DNA of 63,934 nucleotides, filler included, from Folioceros fuciformis (Eukaryota): NCBI GenBank assembly GCA_049999805.1. It is 15 parts of 15 records of this genome, joined end to end, with 100 filler letters (N's around TTAATTAATTAA, not from the genome) between each part and the next. Parts side by side here need not be neighbours in the genome. Positions count along the whole stretch, not along the records: positions 59,045 to 62,823 come from JBNGIO010005559.1; positions 62,924 to 63,934 come from JBNGIO010005604.1; 13 more parts are not named here. One strand, 5' to 3'. Shown piece by piece: positions 60,937 to 63,934 of this stretch (position 1 is its first letter; each line of letters starts with the position of its first letter). The notes under the pieces were generated by a model. It saw only the letters and a program-made list of their open reading frames with translations, ran no database searches and was not told where the DNA came from. The position numbers and the translations under genes were made by a program.

Positions 60937-62260
60937 TGTGGAGTGGTTTCTTGCACCCAAGAACCACCAAAGGGGCACGCTTTCCCATATTGTCGTTGCA
61001 GCCTTATGATTCGCTCCCAAGGGAGTGAACTAGTGTCAAGGAACACCTACAGCTATCCACTCACACTTTTACCTATCAGCCAGTCTATAGACCTGTCCAC
61101 ACTCGCACAACAAGGAGGCTAGTAGCCTAGCCTATCTTCAAATCAACTCACACAACTCGCACTCCAGATCTTCAATCCTTCAACTCTTCATGATTCTCAC
61201 TTCAGTCCTCCCTTCTTCACTTCAGCTCACACAACTCACACTCCAGATCTCCAGTCCTTCAGCTCCTCATGCTTCCCACTTCAGTCCTTCCTTCCTCACT
61301 TCAGTACTTCACCCTTCACTTCAGCACACACTACTACACCTCAGCAGCTCACTCTTCACTTCTATGCACTTCACTTCAACTCTTCCTCTCTTTGCTTCAG
61401 CTATCCCCTGGAAATTGGGCCAAAATGACTTCACTCCTTGCAGCCTTCAAGTGTAGTGTGGGTACTAGGACTGGATAGCCCTCCTGGCTCACGGTCCTAT
61501 CCCTTCACTTCAGCTAGCTCGCGAATCATTAAGCCCTTGCGGATCCAGCCACACGGATCTTGGCAGTCTTGGGATCCTCCACGTTCCCTTAGTGGCAAGG
61601 GAAATCAGGACCTTGGTTCAGTCTCGACCGGCTCAGCGCCCTAAGCCAGGAGTTCTGCACACAAGGTCTAGGGAAATCGCACCGTAGACAGCCCCTCTCA
61701 ATGGCAGGTCTCCCCCCTCTTATACTACCTAGCCCTCCACCTCTTTCTACTAGGGTTAACCTGAGTCAACGACCTAACCATCTCTCTCTCTGACCTAAAC
61801 CATCCTACGCCCCGTTCTGACCTAAACCTGTCCTAGGTCTAATCTAGACCTAACCCGATCTAGGCCTAACCTAGACCTAACTCGACCTAGATCTGACCTA
61901 GACCTAACCTGGCCTAGGTCTGGCCTAGACCTAACCCGACCTAGGTCTAACCTAAACCTAACCCGACCTAGGTCTAACCTAGACCTAACCCGATCTAGGT
62001 CTGACCTAGACCTAACCCGACCTAGGTCTGACCTAGATCTAACCTAGGCTTCTCAACACCCCTCACCCCTCTCCTGGATCAGCTCATCCTTCATTCTTTA
62101 GAGTCTTCCTCACCCCTCTCCCGGATCAGCTCATCCTGCTTTCTTCGGAGTCTTCCTCCTTCAGGCCCTTCCCTCCATCCTCAGGAGCCAGTCAAAATTC
62201 ATGCCCCGGCAAATCACCATCTAGCACCCTGGAGGAGCACCTTGCAAGGTGGAGGTGACA
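60937..62260 (-). mobile_element. LTR family A (~1.32 kb) with an internal ~27-bp palindromic tandem repeat (61830-62048)
   Basis: tgtggag...gtgaca termini; collinear with 35476-37139; repeat unit ctagacctaacccgacctaggtctgac. Confidence 0.8.
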
Positions 62261-62702
62261 TTCCACTAGTCATGTCAACATAACCATCACTGGGCTTCCC
62301 ACCACTAGTAGCACCCCTATGCTACCACCTTCGGCCTACAAGCAACTAGGGTTGCTACTAATGGATGGAACGCCATGTGCCACTTATGTCCTTGGCTGGC
62401 CACCTTCCAAGTTGCCGGAAGGGTCTGCTGGGCTGATGCCCTTGAGCGGATGGCCCCATGGCAATGCGTCCTATAATGGCAACCACCACCCATCATCGCT
62501 ATAATTAGCATCAGGCTCTCCGCCTGCGGTAGAGAGTCGGTTCCCACCCACTACCCCGCGGATGGCAAGCCGTATGCTAATTACGGCCACTGGCTGGCCA
62601 TGGTATAGGGAATGCATCACCCCAGTCAAATCCCCAGCAGCCCTTGCTCGTCTCTCCACTGGACCGCCTCCTGCGTCTCCATCCACGACCCTAGGCGACA
62701 GG

Positions 62703-62823
62703 TGTGGAGGCAAAACCCCGGGCACTGATTGCCAACGGGTTCCACCTTTAGTGGCCACACTTATCCCACTGTCGTTGAGACATTGGGTTTCGTTCCCACG
62801 AAGGAGCGATGGGGTTCCTTGCT
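62703..62823. mobile_element. LTR family C terminus (partial)
   Basis: tgtggaggcaaaaccccgggcactgattgcc..., near-identical to the reverse complement of 40075-40194. Confidence 0.8.
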
Positions 62824-62923
62824 NNNNNNNNNNNNNNNNNNNNNNNNNNNNNNNNNNNNNNNNNNNNTTAATTAATTAANNNNNNNNNNNNNNNNNNNNN
62901 NNNNNNNNNNNNNNNNNNNNNNN

Positions 62924-63913
62924 CTGGTGGACATGTATGCAAAATGTGGTGAGCTGGAAGATGCACGCCAAGTTTTTGACAGCATGGCCACTAAAGATGT
63001 GGTTACCTGGACAGCCCTGATTGCTGGGTATGGTGCTTGTGATGAAGGTCGCAAGGCGCTAGCTTGTTTTGAGGAGATGTTAGCTGCCGGTGTTCAGCCT
63101 GACGATGCTACTTTTACTTGCCTTCTAGTAGCATGCAGTCATGGGGGTCTGGTCGAGGAGGGTCGCAAGCTCTTTGATTCCATGGCTGAACAGCATGGTG
63201 TCATACCTACTGTTGAGCATCACACCTGCATGGTTGATCTGCTTGGGCGTGCTGGCCAACTAGATGAGGCAGAAAGGATGCTATCATCATGTGAGGGCCA
63301 AAGTGAGGTGGTGTGTTTGACATCGTTGTTGAATGCCTGCAAAAGTCACGGAGATCTAGAGGGGGCTGTGTGGTGTTTTGAAAGCATTGTTAGGCTGGAC
63401 CCCCAGGAGGCACCTGCCTATGTTCTCATGGCCAATGCCTATGCAGATGCAGGTAGGTGGACCGATGTAGACAGGATTGAAACACAGAGAAAGGCAGCAG
63501 GAGCTAAGAAGAAGCCAGCAGTGGCAAGCATTGAAGTGAATAAGGAGGTACACAGATTTCTGGTGGGAGAAAGGAGAAAGGATATTGCGCTTAAGGTAGA
63601 GAGCACGAATGCGCGTGTGAAGCAGGAAGGAGGCCACGTACCTCACACAAAGTTGGTGTTGAAGCCACTGAGTGAGAAGGAAAAGGAAGACGTGCTTTGT
63701 GGGCATGCTGAGAAGCTAGCTCTGGCGTTTGGTCTGTTGAACACTCCGAATGGGACACCTCTGATGGTAACCAAGAATCTACGCATGTGCAGTGATTGCC
63801 ACAGCTCCACGGCGATCATGTCGAGGCTTGAGCAGAGAGACATTGTTGTGAGGGATGGGTACCGTGTGCATCGATTCGCAAATGGTTGTTGCAGTTGTAA
63901 GGGTCGACCATGA
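62924..63913 (+). CDS. PLS-class PPR-E-DYW protein of the DYW:KP subclade with GRP terminus (candidate U-to-C organellar RNA editing factor), 5' truncated, frame open
   Basis: Terminal PPR/E motifs, KKKPAVASIEV in place of the PG box, HAEKLALAFGLL, KNLRMCSDCH, HRFANGCCSCKGRP*. Confidence 0.93.
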   Translation: MVDMYAKCGELEDARQVFDSMATKDVVTWTALIAGYGACDEGRKALACFEEMLAAGVQPDDATFTCLLVACSHGGLVEEGRKLFDSMAEQHGVIPTVEHHTCMVDLLGRAGQLDEAERMLSSCEGQSEVVCLTSLLNACKSHGDLEGAVWCFESIVRLDPQEAPAYVLMANAYADAGRWTDVDRIETQRKAAGAKKKPAVASIEVNKEVHRFLVGERRKDIALKVESTNARVKQEGGHVPHTKLVLKPLSEKEKEDVLCGHAEKLALAFGLLNTPNGTPLMVTKNLRMCSDCHSSTAIMSRLEQRDIVVRDGYRVHRFANGCCSCKGRP

Positions 63914-63934
63914 GAAAAATGAAGAAGTGAGTGT

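Noticed and set aside
1-63934. Treating PPR, CRN, SABATH, DUF2921 and peroxidase genes as one gene cluster
   Set aside because: They lie on separate concatenated contigs, so proximity across spacers is not evidence of linkage.

Overview
This is not one contiguous locus. It is 15 short eukaryotic contigs joined by 14 identical artificial 100-bp spacers (44 N + TTAATTAATTAA + 44 N), so adjacency across spacers has no biological meaning. The content is a non-seed land-plant nuclear genome, most likely a hornwort (inferred from short introns and PLS-PPR proteins ending in the DYW:KP 'GRP' variant). About half is degenerate and nested LTR retrotransposon sequence: several Ty1/Copia gag-pol pieces, Ty3/Gypsy gag-protease and integrase pieces, and three LTR families with Met and Asp primer-binding sites and PPTs. 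There is also a PIF/Harbinger transposase relic and a CRE-like non-LTR endonuclease tail. Host genes are a SABATH methyltransferase (one in-frame stop), a GH95 alpha-L-fucosidase, an RNA polymerase I RPA43-like subunit, two tandem DUF2921 membrane-protein genes, a USP retro-pseudogene, a class III peroxidase C-terminus and three PPR loci. The most notable observations are: (1) a PPR-DYW:KP pseudogene with an N-terminal OSB-type 'PDF' ssDNA-binding-like motif; (2) an open DYW:KP/GRP U-to-C editing candidate; (3) an intronless Crinkler(CRN)-like header plus P-loop NTPase gene abutting a truncated Copia gag; (4) a 37-bp hairpin minisatellite between PPR genes; and (5) duplicated primer-binding sites in two Copia elements. 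All family calls come from motif recognition by eye; no database searches were run.
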